From: a virus
Lineage: Duplodnaviria; Heunggongvirae; Uroviricota; Caudoviricetes
DNA: 64,000 nucleotides
Reading direction: 5' to 3' (one strand)
IMG/VR virus record: IMGVR_UViG_3300015615_000629
Coordinates: 304,711-368,710 of that record
Position 1 is the stretch's first letter; the number at the start of each line of letters is the position of its first letter. Shown here piece after piece: positions 33,859-40,612 of this stretch. The notes below the pieces were generated by a model that did no database searches, was not told where the DNA came from, and saw nothing but the letters and a program-made list of their open reading frames with translations. The translations under genes were made by a program, and so were the position numbers.

Positions 33859-33948
33859 GCCCCGCCTTCACCCAGCGAGGCAGAACGGCCAATTTTGTAT
33901 ACAGGATCGTTAGTCCAGAGGCCGTAGGTTGTCGCCCTTTCGATGGCG
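33859..33948 (-). ncRNA. Unknown structured RNA in the tRNA array
   Basis: GC-rich intergenic segment with three consecutive stems. Confidence 0.4.
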
Positions 33949-33949
33949 T

Positions 33950-34210
33950 TTATTCGTTGTCTTTCCTACGTTGGAAATCTTCTATTATTTCAGATAACAA
34001 AGGCAAACGTCTAAAAGACGACAAACGCTTAAATTCTGTAATTTCATGTGGGCCAATAAACTCTTTCTCAGCCTCTAGCCAAAATTGCAAATCTAAGTTC
34101 TGTGGGCACCCAGCATCAAGCCATTTGAAATAAGCAGACTTAGAAATTAATTCTTTTTTATAATACGAAATATTTTCATCTGCAATGCTCATCGGGTGGA
34201 GGTTACTCAT
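33950..34210 (-). CDS. DUF2934-like protein
   Basis: ISKSAYFKWLDAGCPQNLDLQFWLEAEKE. Confidence 0.7.
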   Translation of the reverse strand: MSNLHPMSIADENISYYKKELISKSAYFKWLDAGCPQNLDLQFWLEAEKEFIGPHEITEFKRLSSFRRLPLLSEIIEDFQRRKDNE

Positions 34211-34520
34211 ATCTTGTTTTAATGTCGCCTAGATAGGTTGTGCCGTGTTCTTTGTAAACTTTGTATATAGAGTAATATTCTTCACCCCGATACATTAATT
34301 CATCAATCAAATACTGTTTATCTTCTGGTAGGACGACATGTGGTATGTGAGCATAGCCTACAGTGCCATGTTGTCCGCAATTACACTTCCAATGCCATCC
34401 TAATGGATTACTATAATTAACCATTCCGGATAGTTTAAGTTCTTTATTGCCGCAAGATTTACAGGTTTGTTCGTCTAAGAAATCTTGCATTGCTTGACGT
34501 TCAGGGTCTTCATTCATAAG

Positions 34521-34594
34521 CACGGATGTAGGAAATCGAATCCTAAAAGCGAGAGTTTTGGAGGCTCTCCGTCGTACCCACCGACTGCATCCGT
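34521..34594 (-). tRNA. tRNA-Trp(CCA)
   Basis: Acceptor ACGGATG/CATCCGT-G73, loop CT-CCA-AA, T arm TAGGA-TTCGATT-TCCTA. Confidence 0.85.
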
Positions 34595-34598
34595 AAAG

Positions 34599-34667
34599 TA
34601 TCCCGTAAAAGAGTCGAACTTTTCATCCGAGTTTCGTAAACTCAGTGCCAATTCCGTTGGACGGGAC
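34599..34667 (-). tRNA. tRNA-Arg(ACG), compact 69 nt
   Basis: Acceptor GTCCCGT/ACGGGAT-A, anticodon arm TGAGT-TTACGAA-ACTCG, T arm AAAAG-TTCGACT-CTTTT. Confidence 0.8.
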
Positions 34668-34683
34668 AAATTTTATAAGCCTT

Positions 34684-35319
34684 TTAGACTGGAAGCGTCC
34701 TTACTATGTCTTCTGCAAAATAGTCATCTCTTAATACTGTCAGAACTTCGCCTAGCCAGTTTGTGCCTTTCCAAGGCTTGCCATTTTTGGCGTCTTTGGC
34801 ATCGATTCCGATTCCCCATATTGTATCATATGGAGATGCTTCAACTAACATTGTTCCGGCAGTTTTCCGCAACACTTCCAACATATCTGGATTTTGAGTA
34901 AATTTGTAATAATTGCCTGTGAAAACTATGCTTCGTGCATTTGCATCCCATCTTCCCTTATCGAAGCCTTTTACCGTTCTGCCAAGTGCTTTTTGTTCAC
35001 GTGGCGATTTGGCTTCCATTATCTTTTTGAATGTATCTTTATCTCCGAAGAACAGGGCTTTTTGAGCCATCATATACTGTTCGGCGGTGTTATAGGTAAT
35101 TTTGTTTACTGTAAATTTGGAATGACTCCATTGGGAGAAAGGGGCTTCGTTCCAAAAGTAAGTAAATTCAGTGTACTTTTTCATTGTTTTTGGTTTCCGT
35201 GTAATTTCGTAGGAACCATCTGGTAAAATTTTATATTCAAGGTCATAAAATGATGGTTTTGCCGAAATATATTCGGATTCAATGTTTAGTTCGATTTCTT
35301 TATCCATAAGTGCGACCAC
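34684..35319 (-). CDS. NADAR (YbiA-like) family protein
   Basis: FSQW, TAEQYMMAQKALFFGD, KFTQN, VEASPYDTIWGIG and NWLGEVL motifs. Confidence 0.93.
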   Translation of the reverse strand: MVALMDKEIELNIESEYISAKPSFYDLEYKILPDGSYEITRKPKTMKKYTEFTYFWNEAPFSQWSHSKFTVNKITYNTAEQYMMAQKALFFGDKDTFKKIMEAKSPREQKALGRTVKGFDKGRWDANARSIVFTGNYYKFTQNPDMLEVLRKTAGTMLVEASPYDTIWGIGIDAKDAKNGKPWKGTNWLGEVLTVLRDDYFAEDIVRTLPV

Positions 35320-35384
35320 TGAGAATTGAACTCAGTCTATTTGCTTGGGAAGCAAGTGTGCGAAGCCGTTAACACTTTGGTCGC
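35311..35384 (-). tRNA. tRNA-Gly(CCC)
   Basis: Acceptor GCGACCA/TGGTCGC-A, loop TT-CCC-AA, T loop TTCAATT. Confidence 0.85.
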
Positions 35385-35388
35385 GGAG

Positions 35389-35459
35389 AGCGGGTAGGGA
35401 GAATCGAACTCCCATAACCAGTTTGGAAAACTGGAGCTTTACCATTAAGCAATACCCGC
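35389..35459 (-). tRNA. tRNA-Gly(UCC)
   Basis: Acceptor GCGGGTA/TACCCGC-U73, anticodon arm CCAGT-TTTCCAA-ACTGG. Confidence 0.93.
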
Positions 35460-35464
35460 TTAGT

Positions 35465-35977
35465 CTAGATATTTTTAAAGTAATGCGAAAATTTCGGTAA
35501 TAATTGATTCAAGGATTGAATATCGTTTTGTTTAAATGCTCCTTCAGCGTCTTTTACAAGATTTCTCCAATATAAAGCATTGTATAACTCGGTAGGAACA
35601 TAAAGAAATCCTTGTGTGTCTTCTTTAACTGGTGTATTGGGACCGCCATCTTTTATATTTCCTGCTGGTTTTACACCAACCGCAAATCGCAACATAATAG
35701 ATTTGTTTCTTTTTTCATAATCCACATATTTTAACCAACCGTCTTTTAATGGCCCATTAAGTTCTTGAATTAGTCTTTTTTTGACTGTTTCTACCATATT
35801 TTTATATGTAGTCATTTCTTCGGGGGAGATATTTTCGAATCTACCATTTGCTCGCATGGGATGTTTCCCATCTGCTCCAAGAGTATTCCAACGACTGTGC
35901 AATCCTCGTAAGATATTTCTCTGCGTAGAGTAATCGAATTGTTCCTGTTCTAACAGGTAATCAATGAATGTTTTCAT
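35465..35977 (-). CDS. Candidate capsid-internal protein
   Basis: N-terminus MKTFIDYLLEQE resembles the T4 capsid-targeting sequence; TATATA 4 nt upstream. Confidence 0.55.
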   Translation of the reverse strand: MKTFIDYLLEQEQFDYSTQRNILRGLHSRWNTLGADGKHPMRANGRFENISPEEMTTYKNMVETVKKRLIQELNGPLKDGWLKYVDYEKRNKSIMLRFAVGVKPAGNIKDGGPNTPVKEDTQGFLYVPTELYNALYWRNLVKDAEGAFKQNDIQSLNQLLPKFSHYFKNI

Positions 35978-35992
35978 ACGTTATATACCCGC

Positions 35993-36211
35993 TTAATCAT
36001 AGAATCCAAGTTCTTGTGCCTCGGATACTAATTGATTTAATATTTCAAATGATCTTTTACGATTTTCTTTTTTAAAGTTCATTAACTCGTCTGAGTCAAC
36101 TTGCACTTTCAACAAACCTTTTCCCACAATTTCCTTTAAGAAATATTCGTGGGAAACATTCATTAATTCTGCGGCTTGGTCAGTTGTAAGTTGTTGTGTC
36201 ATTGGAATCAC
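35993..36211 (-). CDS. Excisionase-like HTH protein (type seen as a PIN-toxin partner)
   Basis: LTTDQAAELMNVS...L.QLVSEAQELGFYD. Confidence 0.6.
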   Translation of the reverse strand: MIPMTQQLTTDQAAELMNVSHEYFLKEIVGKGLLKVQVDSDELMNFKKENRKRSFEILNQLVSEAQELGFYD

Positions 36212-36226
36212 GTTTCGTTGTGTAAG

Positions 36227-36300
36227 TATCCCCGGCTGGATTCAAACCAGCAACCTGCGGATTAGAAGTCCGCTGCTCTATTCAGTTGAGCTACGAGGAC
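36227..36300 (-). tRNA. tRNA-Arg(UCU)
   Basis: Acceptor GTCCTCG/CGGGGAT-A, anticodon arm GCGGA-CTTCTAA-TCCGC; A19 with U56 (compensatory). Confidence 0.92.
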
Positions 36301-36304
36301 ATAG

Positions 36305-36377
36305 TAGCCGGTATCCGAGTCGAGCGGATTCTTCATCGTTCGAAGCGATGCGTGCTAGTCCCTCACACTCACCGGCC
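36305..36377 (-). tRNA. tRNA-Arg(UCG)
   Basis: Acceptor GGCCGGT/ACCGGCT-A, anticodon arm CATCG-CTTCGAA-CGATG, T loop CTCGACT. Confidence 0.82.
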
Positions 36378-36382
36378 AAAGT

Positions 36383-36874
36383 TTAACTAACCATTGCTTC
36401 TTTCCAATATTGGAGATTATTTTCGCTTATTTCTCCGTTGCAGTATTTTGCCAAGTCCAGAAGAGCATTATAGAACAAACTGGCTTCTTCTGCAAACCCT
36501 AATATGGTAAGGCATTTCAATACACGTGTGATTCGTAAGTAATTATGGTCGCCTGAGAATACCCAACTGCTATTTTTTCGTAGTTTGACTAATTTGCCAT
36601 TGTAGGCAACTGCAAATCCCCAAAATTTGAGCATTCGGTAGAATGCTTCTAGCATCTTTTCTCTTAATGCTGGATCGCTTTTAAATAATTGTATTTGTTC
36701 GGCGTCGAGTAAGGGTGCATCTGGGTTGAAGTTACTTGGTTCTGTAAGTGGAAACAGCCATTGGATATAACTATGGTCTGCTTCAAGTCGGTGGTCTTTG
36801 GAGGCTATAATTTCATCAATTTTATAGCCTTCATCGTTACCGATTTTACTACGGTAAAATTCTACTGCTTGCAT
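36383..36874 (-). CDS. Opioid growth factor receptor (OGFr_N) domain protein
   Basis: LEADHSYIQWLFPL.EPS.FNPDAP...ML.FWG...HNYLRITRVLKCL. Confidence 0.9.
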   Translation of the reverse strand: MQAVEFYRSKIGNDEGYKIDEIIASKDHRLEADHSYIQWLFPLTEPSNFNPDAPLLDAEQIQLFKSDPALREKMLEAFYRMLKFWGFAVAYNGKLVKLRKNSSWVFSGDHNYLRITRVLKCLTILGFAEEASLFYNALLDLAKYCNGEISENNLQYWKEAMVS

Positions 36875-36892
36875 TTTTAATCCTTATTTAAA

Positions 36893-36963
36893 TCGACCGC
36901 ATAGGAGTCGAACCTATGTTTACTACTCATCAGATAGTCGTCCTACCGTTGAACGAGCGGTCG
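36893..36963 (-). tRNA. tRNA-Ile(GAU)
   Basis: Acceptor CGACCGC/GCGGTCG-A, anticodon arm ACTAT-CTGATGA-GTAGT (G37). Confidence 0.85.
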
Positions 36964-36979
36964 GGTTATTATAACGGAG

Positions 36980-37050
36980 TAGGCCGCCTGAGAATCGAAC
37001 TCAGATCTAAAAATTAAAAGTTTTTTATTCTCCCATTGAACTAGCGACCC
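36980..37050 (-). tRNA. tRNA-Lys(UUU)
   Basis: Acceptor GGGTCGC/GCGGCCT-A, anticodon arm AAAAA-CTTTTAA-TTTTT. Confidence 0.88.
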
Positions 37051-37054
37051 AAAA

Positions 37055-37133
37055 AGGCATCGTGCCGGATCGAACGGCTTGGAATCATCTTTGCAGGATG
37101 ACGGGCCGCCACGACCCATTAACCTACGATGCC
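37055..37133 (-). tRNA. tRNA-Cys(GCA), enlarged D region
   Basis: Acceptor GGCATCG/CGATGCC-U73, anticodon arm TCATC-CTGCAAA-GATGA. Confidence 0.82.
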
Positions 37134-37148
37134 ATTGGCTAAATTAAA

Positions 37149-37161
37149 TTGTCAAAGAACA
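37149..37161 (-). promoter_or_regulatory. boxA-like (NusB/NusE) antitermination site
   Basis: TGTTCTTTGACAA directly after the first post-terminator tRNA; matches rrn boxA GYTCTTTRANA. Confidence 0.6.
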
Positions 37162-37163
37162 AG

Positions 37164-37235
37164 GGCCTTCGGTGAGAATCGAACTCACTACCGCTTCCTT
37201 ACCAAGGAAGAACTCTACCGATGAGCTACGAAGGC
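37164..37235 (-). tRNA. tRNA-Thr(GGU)
   Basis: Acceptor GCCTTCG/CGAAGGC, anticodon arm CTTCC-TTGGTAA-GGAAG, T loop TTCGATT. Confidence 0.94.
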
Positions 37236-37253
37236 AAATCACTTTTCCAAACG

Positions 37254-37288
37254 AAAAAACCCGCTTCAGGTTTGAACCTGAGCGGGCT
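37254..37288 (-). terminator. Intrinsic terminator (attenuator) inside the tRNA operon
   Basis: GCCCGCTCAGG-TTCAAA-CCTGAAGCGGG followed by TTTTTT. Confidence 0.85.
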
Positions 37289-37342
37289 TTAAGTGATTCA
37301 GCCGACCCAGGTTTTATCCTGAGCCGTGTCTTGTTGACTGGT

Positions 37343-37432
37343 TCAGGACGAGATGATGGTGCATCCTTGGCGCGTATTAATATCGCACCAATTATGCTGT
37401 TTATCTCGTCTTGTACCAATCATGAGTGACAT
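37343..37432 (-). CDS. Leader peptide, 29 aa: MSLMIGTRRDKQHNWCDINTRQGCTIISS
   Basis: Hand-translated. The stop codon overlaps the first pairing segment, and codon content mirrors the downstream tRNAs. Confidence 0.8.
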   Translation of the reverse strand: MSLMIGTRRDKQHNWCDINTRQGCTIISS

Positions 37433-37465
37433 TTTAGTTTCTTCTACTTTCGTTCTAACTGTAAG

Positions 37466-37537
37466 TGGCGGGAGAAGGAATCGCACCTCCGACCTTGAGT
37501 TTATGAGACTCACGAGCTACTACTGCTCCACCCCGCT
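37466..37537 (-). tRNA. Initiator-like tRNA-Met(CAU)
   Basis: A1:C72 mismatch, fMet-type GCGGGG-TG-GAGC...GCTC scaffold, loop CT-CAT-AA; anticodon stem lacks the three G-C pairs. Confidence 0.85.
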
Positions 37538-37546
37538 ATTGTGTAT

Positions 37547-37621
37547 TGGTGGCAGGGGAGGGCCTTGCACCCCCAACCTTCGGGTTTAACCCCGACGCTC
37601 TATTTTTTGAGCTACCCCACC
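37547..37621 (-). ncRNA. tRNA-like RNA with a 6-nt anticodon loop and encoded CCA
   Basis: GGTGGGG/CCCTGCC-ACCA, GCTC/GAGC D stem, TCGGG-GTTAAA-CCCGA, T loop TGCAAGG. Confidence 0.75.
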
Positions 37622-37628
37622 AATTAAG

Positions 37629-37710
37629 CGGCCAGGGATGGTAACGAGCCACCGACCTCCGCTACTTGCCATTGCTGACTTTCGCGGTGCTCTCACTGAG
37701 CTACCTAGCC
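37629..37710 (-). ncRNA. tRNA-like RNA with a GNRA-capped stem in place of the anticodon loop
   Basis: GGCTAGG/CCTGGCC-G, D stem, CCGC-GAAA-GTCA-GCAA-TGGC-AAGTA-GCGG, AGGTC, T arm GGTGG-CTCGTTA-CCATC. Confidence 0.75.
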
Positions 37711-37750
37711 ATGTTCTTCTATATAGAAGATTCAAATCATTTTTTCTTCA

Positions 37751-37874
37751 CGCACTTAGTAAAACCTCCTTTTGGTCAGAGTTACTAATTGCGGCCGGAA
37801 TTGAGCTATTCCTTTCGGACTTACTCAAGGATTACCGGCCCTTGTGCTGTTTCGCTCTTTTCTTGCCGTCAACT
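37751..37874 (-). ncRNA. Structured 5' leader or ncRNA of the tRNA operon
   Basis: Two adjacent long interrupted hairpins downstream of a promoter. Confidence 0.5.
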
Positions 37875-37879
37875 CCCCT

Positions 37880-37907
37880 ACTATAGCGTGATTTTTTGGG
37901 TTGTCAA
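37880..37907 (-). promoter_or_regulatory. Sigma70-like promoter of the tRNA operon
   Basis: TTGACA-N16-TATAGT. Confidence 0.75.
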
Positions 37908-38858
37908 GTGTTCGGCAAGAAAATTTTCAAACCTGTTTTTCTGCCCTGTATGCTTTGGCTAGAGCCTTGTTCTTTTTACGTGTTGTGACTCGACGTAAGT
38001 GGCGGGCTCGCCCCTTATGGGATAATTTCATGATTGATCCTTATTCGGCAATTCTTCATTCTCGGAACAAAACCACTTCCAGGCATCTTCAAATTTCAAA
38101 TTATCTACGCCTCCTCCAGGCGGATTTCTCAGGCCGATATTTGCAAAGCAGCTGCCGTAACAGGTTAGATAGAAAACTAACTGTTTTCGGCCACGATACC
38201 ACATGCCAACAGCCATATCTTGGTCTGCTGGGCCAAAATTATTTGGTACAGGTTCCCAAATTTCGAATTTCTTGGAAGAATCTGGCGGGTTTGATTTTAC
38301 GCCTTGGCGTGGTCATCGTCGCCGACAAAAGCTGTATTTTCTCGTTGAACTTCAACGGCAGAAGCACCAGCGGCTTCGGCAAAAAGGCAAAAGTCACCAA
38401 AGCCATCGTCTGGGACGCTGCCGGTGATGGTTCCGATTTCTTTTTGAACATCGGTCAAAACAAGCCCTTTAGATATAAGTTCGGCGGCTACAAGTCCTAT
38501 ATCTTTGCCGGATTCAACCAAAATCATCACGTTAGTCATTTGTTCCCTTTGGTAAATCTTCAAAAGCGGTTTTTGGATTTAGTGTTCGCCAGCAAGCATC
38601 ACTAATCCACATATCGATGCCTTGGGTGTTTTTACAAAGCTGGTGCCAGCAATCGTGGCACATAATTGCTGTGCGAATATCACATGTTTTGAACTTGGGT
38701 TTTCTGTCCTCATACCGAGGGGATTGTATGCATTCTATGGACAGAAGTGGTTCAATGGCTATTTCTTGGGTTATTCCGTCGGTTTCTTCGGAATAGGGAT
38801 AAATTTCCAGATTATTTTGGTCTTTTTCACAATGGCAAGAGAGGCATTTCACGTAGTT

Positions 38859-38886
38859 ACTCTAGCACGGCATTGGTGTTTGTCAA
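38859..38886 (-). promoter_or_regulatory. Sigma70-like promoter, leaderless
   Basis: TTGACA-N16-TAGAGT with TGC, 6 nt before the GTG at 38852. Confidence 0.65.
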
Positions 38887-39128
38887 GGACCAAATGAGGG
38901 CGATTGAAGTGACAAAAACTATGGCGATTGCGGATGAGATTGCGGATTGTATATCCAAAAATGTGAAAACTGCAAAAAGTGAAATTAGGGATATTGTTAG
39001 GATTCCGAAAAATCTAGTTTTTTTTAGATGTATTAGTTTTTACTTTTTGGGAAACTTTACATAAAGTGCAAAAATCAGGAGATTTTCTGTAACAGCCGTC
39101 ACAATAGATTTCGATATCGGGTGGCATT

Positions 39129-39617
39129 TTATGTCCTGTTTAATCTATCGATTTTTTGTTGAATATCTGTTTCGTTTATCGGTTGAAATTTTCTCCAATG
39201 TGGTTCGATACGGTTGTACTTTTTAATACCGTCGGTGGGGGAGAAATATGTAGTCCAAAATATTTGGATGCATGACTCTACTAATTTACTAGGAGTGTCT
39301 GCTACCATTGTTCTTCCGAGGCAAATATTGCTGAAAAACGATCCACTTAGGCCCGAATATCTATAATATTTTCCGTTCTCAATCATACACATTTTAAATG
39401 CAGCGTTTGCGAAACGGAATTGTTTGCCTTTGAATGGAGCGTATATGTGCGAGAAGTTTATAACAAAAGCGTGGGGCGGCAATGATATCAACTGACTTCC
39501 GTATTTGGTGTAATTATGTTGATCGACATAGCTACAGATGGGTATTGTCCTTTGCATTTCTCTACAATTTACTTGTGCGTAGTAATTGGAATTATTAGCA
39601 AAATATTCAATGTTCAT
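39129..39617 (-). CDS. Prok-E2_D-like paralogue 5
   Basis: MQRTI...SLPPHAF...NICLG...FWTTYF. Confidence 0.55.
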   Translation of the reverse strand: MNIEYFANNSNYYAQVNCREMQRTIPICSYVDQHNYTKYGSQLISLPPHAFVINFSHIYAPFKGKQFRFANAAFKMCMIENGKYYRYSGLSGSFFSNICLGRTMVADTPSKLVESCIQIFWTTYFSPTDGIKKYNRIEPHWRKFQPINETDIQQKIDRLNRT

Positions 39618-40110
39618 TTTTATTTAGTTGGTTAAGGATTTCTTGGATATTTTGTTCTGTAGTTGGTCGTTTATTTCTCCAAAAAGGATTGATTATATCA
39701 TCGGGCTGGATTGAATAAACTGGGCCAAAAAAGTAAGTTGTCCAGAATCGTTCCACTGCCGCGTTTACAATATCGGTTGGGGTGGCTCCGGAAACAACGT
39801 CTCCGAGGCAAACAAATTGAAAATCTCTAGCCTCGACGAATCCGGAGCAATTAAAATACTCTTCATTAATTTTCATACACATCCTAAATCCGTTTTCCAT
39901 AAATCGGAACAATGGTGTTTCGCCAATATCTCTTCCCGGCGTAAAATTAACAATAAATGTGTGATCTGGCAGTGTGATTAGTCGTGGTTCTGGTGTGTTA
40001 TCTGGCAGACCGCGTGAGACCAGTTGGTGTACAAGAATAGTTCTTTGCGTTGCTTTGAAAGTGACTTCTGCGGTAAAATTCAAGGCTGTTTGAAAGTATT
40101 CTACATTCAT
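39607..40110 (-). CDS. Prok-E2_D-like paralogue 6
   Basis: TQRTI...TLPDHTF...FVCLG...FWTTYF; tandem duplicate of paralogue 5. Confidence 0.55.
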   Translation of the reverse strand: MNVEYFQTALNFTAEVTFKATQRTILVHQLVSRGLPDNTPEPRLITLPDHTFIVNFTPGRDIGETPLFRFMENGFRMCMKINEEYFNCSGFVEARDFQFVCLGDVVSGATPTDIVNAAVERFWTTYFFGPVYSIQPDDIINPFWRNKRPTTEQNIQEILNQLNKNEH

Positions 40111-40612
40111 TCTAAGTTTTCTAAAAAGGCGAGAAGTATAGCCTTGCTAGATGCTTCGTAATCACCAAACTTTACACCGTGTCCGTAATCAATAATACTG
40201 AATTCTCGGAAATCAGGTTTTGTTCCATCTCCGGAAGGTGTAAAAAAGGACAATGGGACGACAACTCTATGCAGATTTCCGGTCCATAAAGTTAAGCCAA
40301 TTTCGTTAATCCTACCGCAAATAAACAATTCAGCCTTATTGTTGGCTTGAATAGCTTCGACAAGTTCTTCTGGGGGAGAGATGCTATTTTATTCATGGGT
40401 TAATTAGTGTTGCTCCTTCCATTGCGTTTCTGAGATTATTATAGGTTCTTTTATCCCACTCATTGTCAAATTCTGGTTCTTCTGATAAAAAATAAACTTT
40501 TATTTCTGGGTCTTTAATTAGATCTGGCAGGTTGTGTGGGCCGAAGCAACCAAGGCGGCTTTTTTGTTCTACAAAGCCACAGCAGCCTATGTATTTAAGA
40601 ACGTCCATAATT

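Noticed and set aside
33859-33948. Hammerhead or HDV-like (theta) ribozyme
   Set aside because: CTAACGA is not the CUGANGA core, and I could not build the HDV nested pseudoknot. It also lies 5' rather than 3' of the tRNA.
37254-37460. T-box riboswitch
   Set aside because: No UGGNACC T-box bulge or stem I motifs. The leader-ORF model fits better.
37547-37621. Ochre suppressor (UUA) or Leu (UAA) tRNA
   Set aside because: The loop is 6 nt (GTTAAA), so no anticodon can be placed canonically. Kept as a tRNA-like RNA.
37144-37886. Track ORFs 37144..37419, 37172..37429, 37353..37589 and 37638..37886
   Set aside because: They overlap tRNAs and the terminator, have no recognisable protein features, and are best explained as shadow ORFs.
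37901-38605. 234-aa plus-strand ORF
   Set aside because: It has a TTG start inside a minus-strand promoter, lies antisense to plausible minus-strand genes, and has no motifs.
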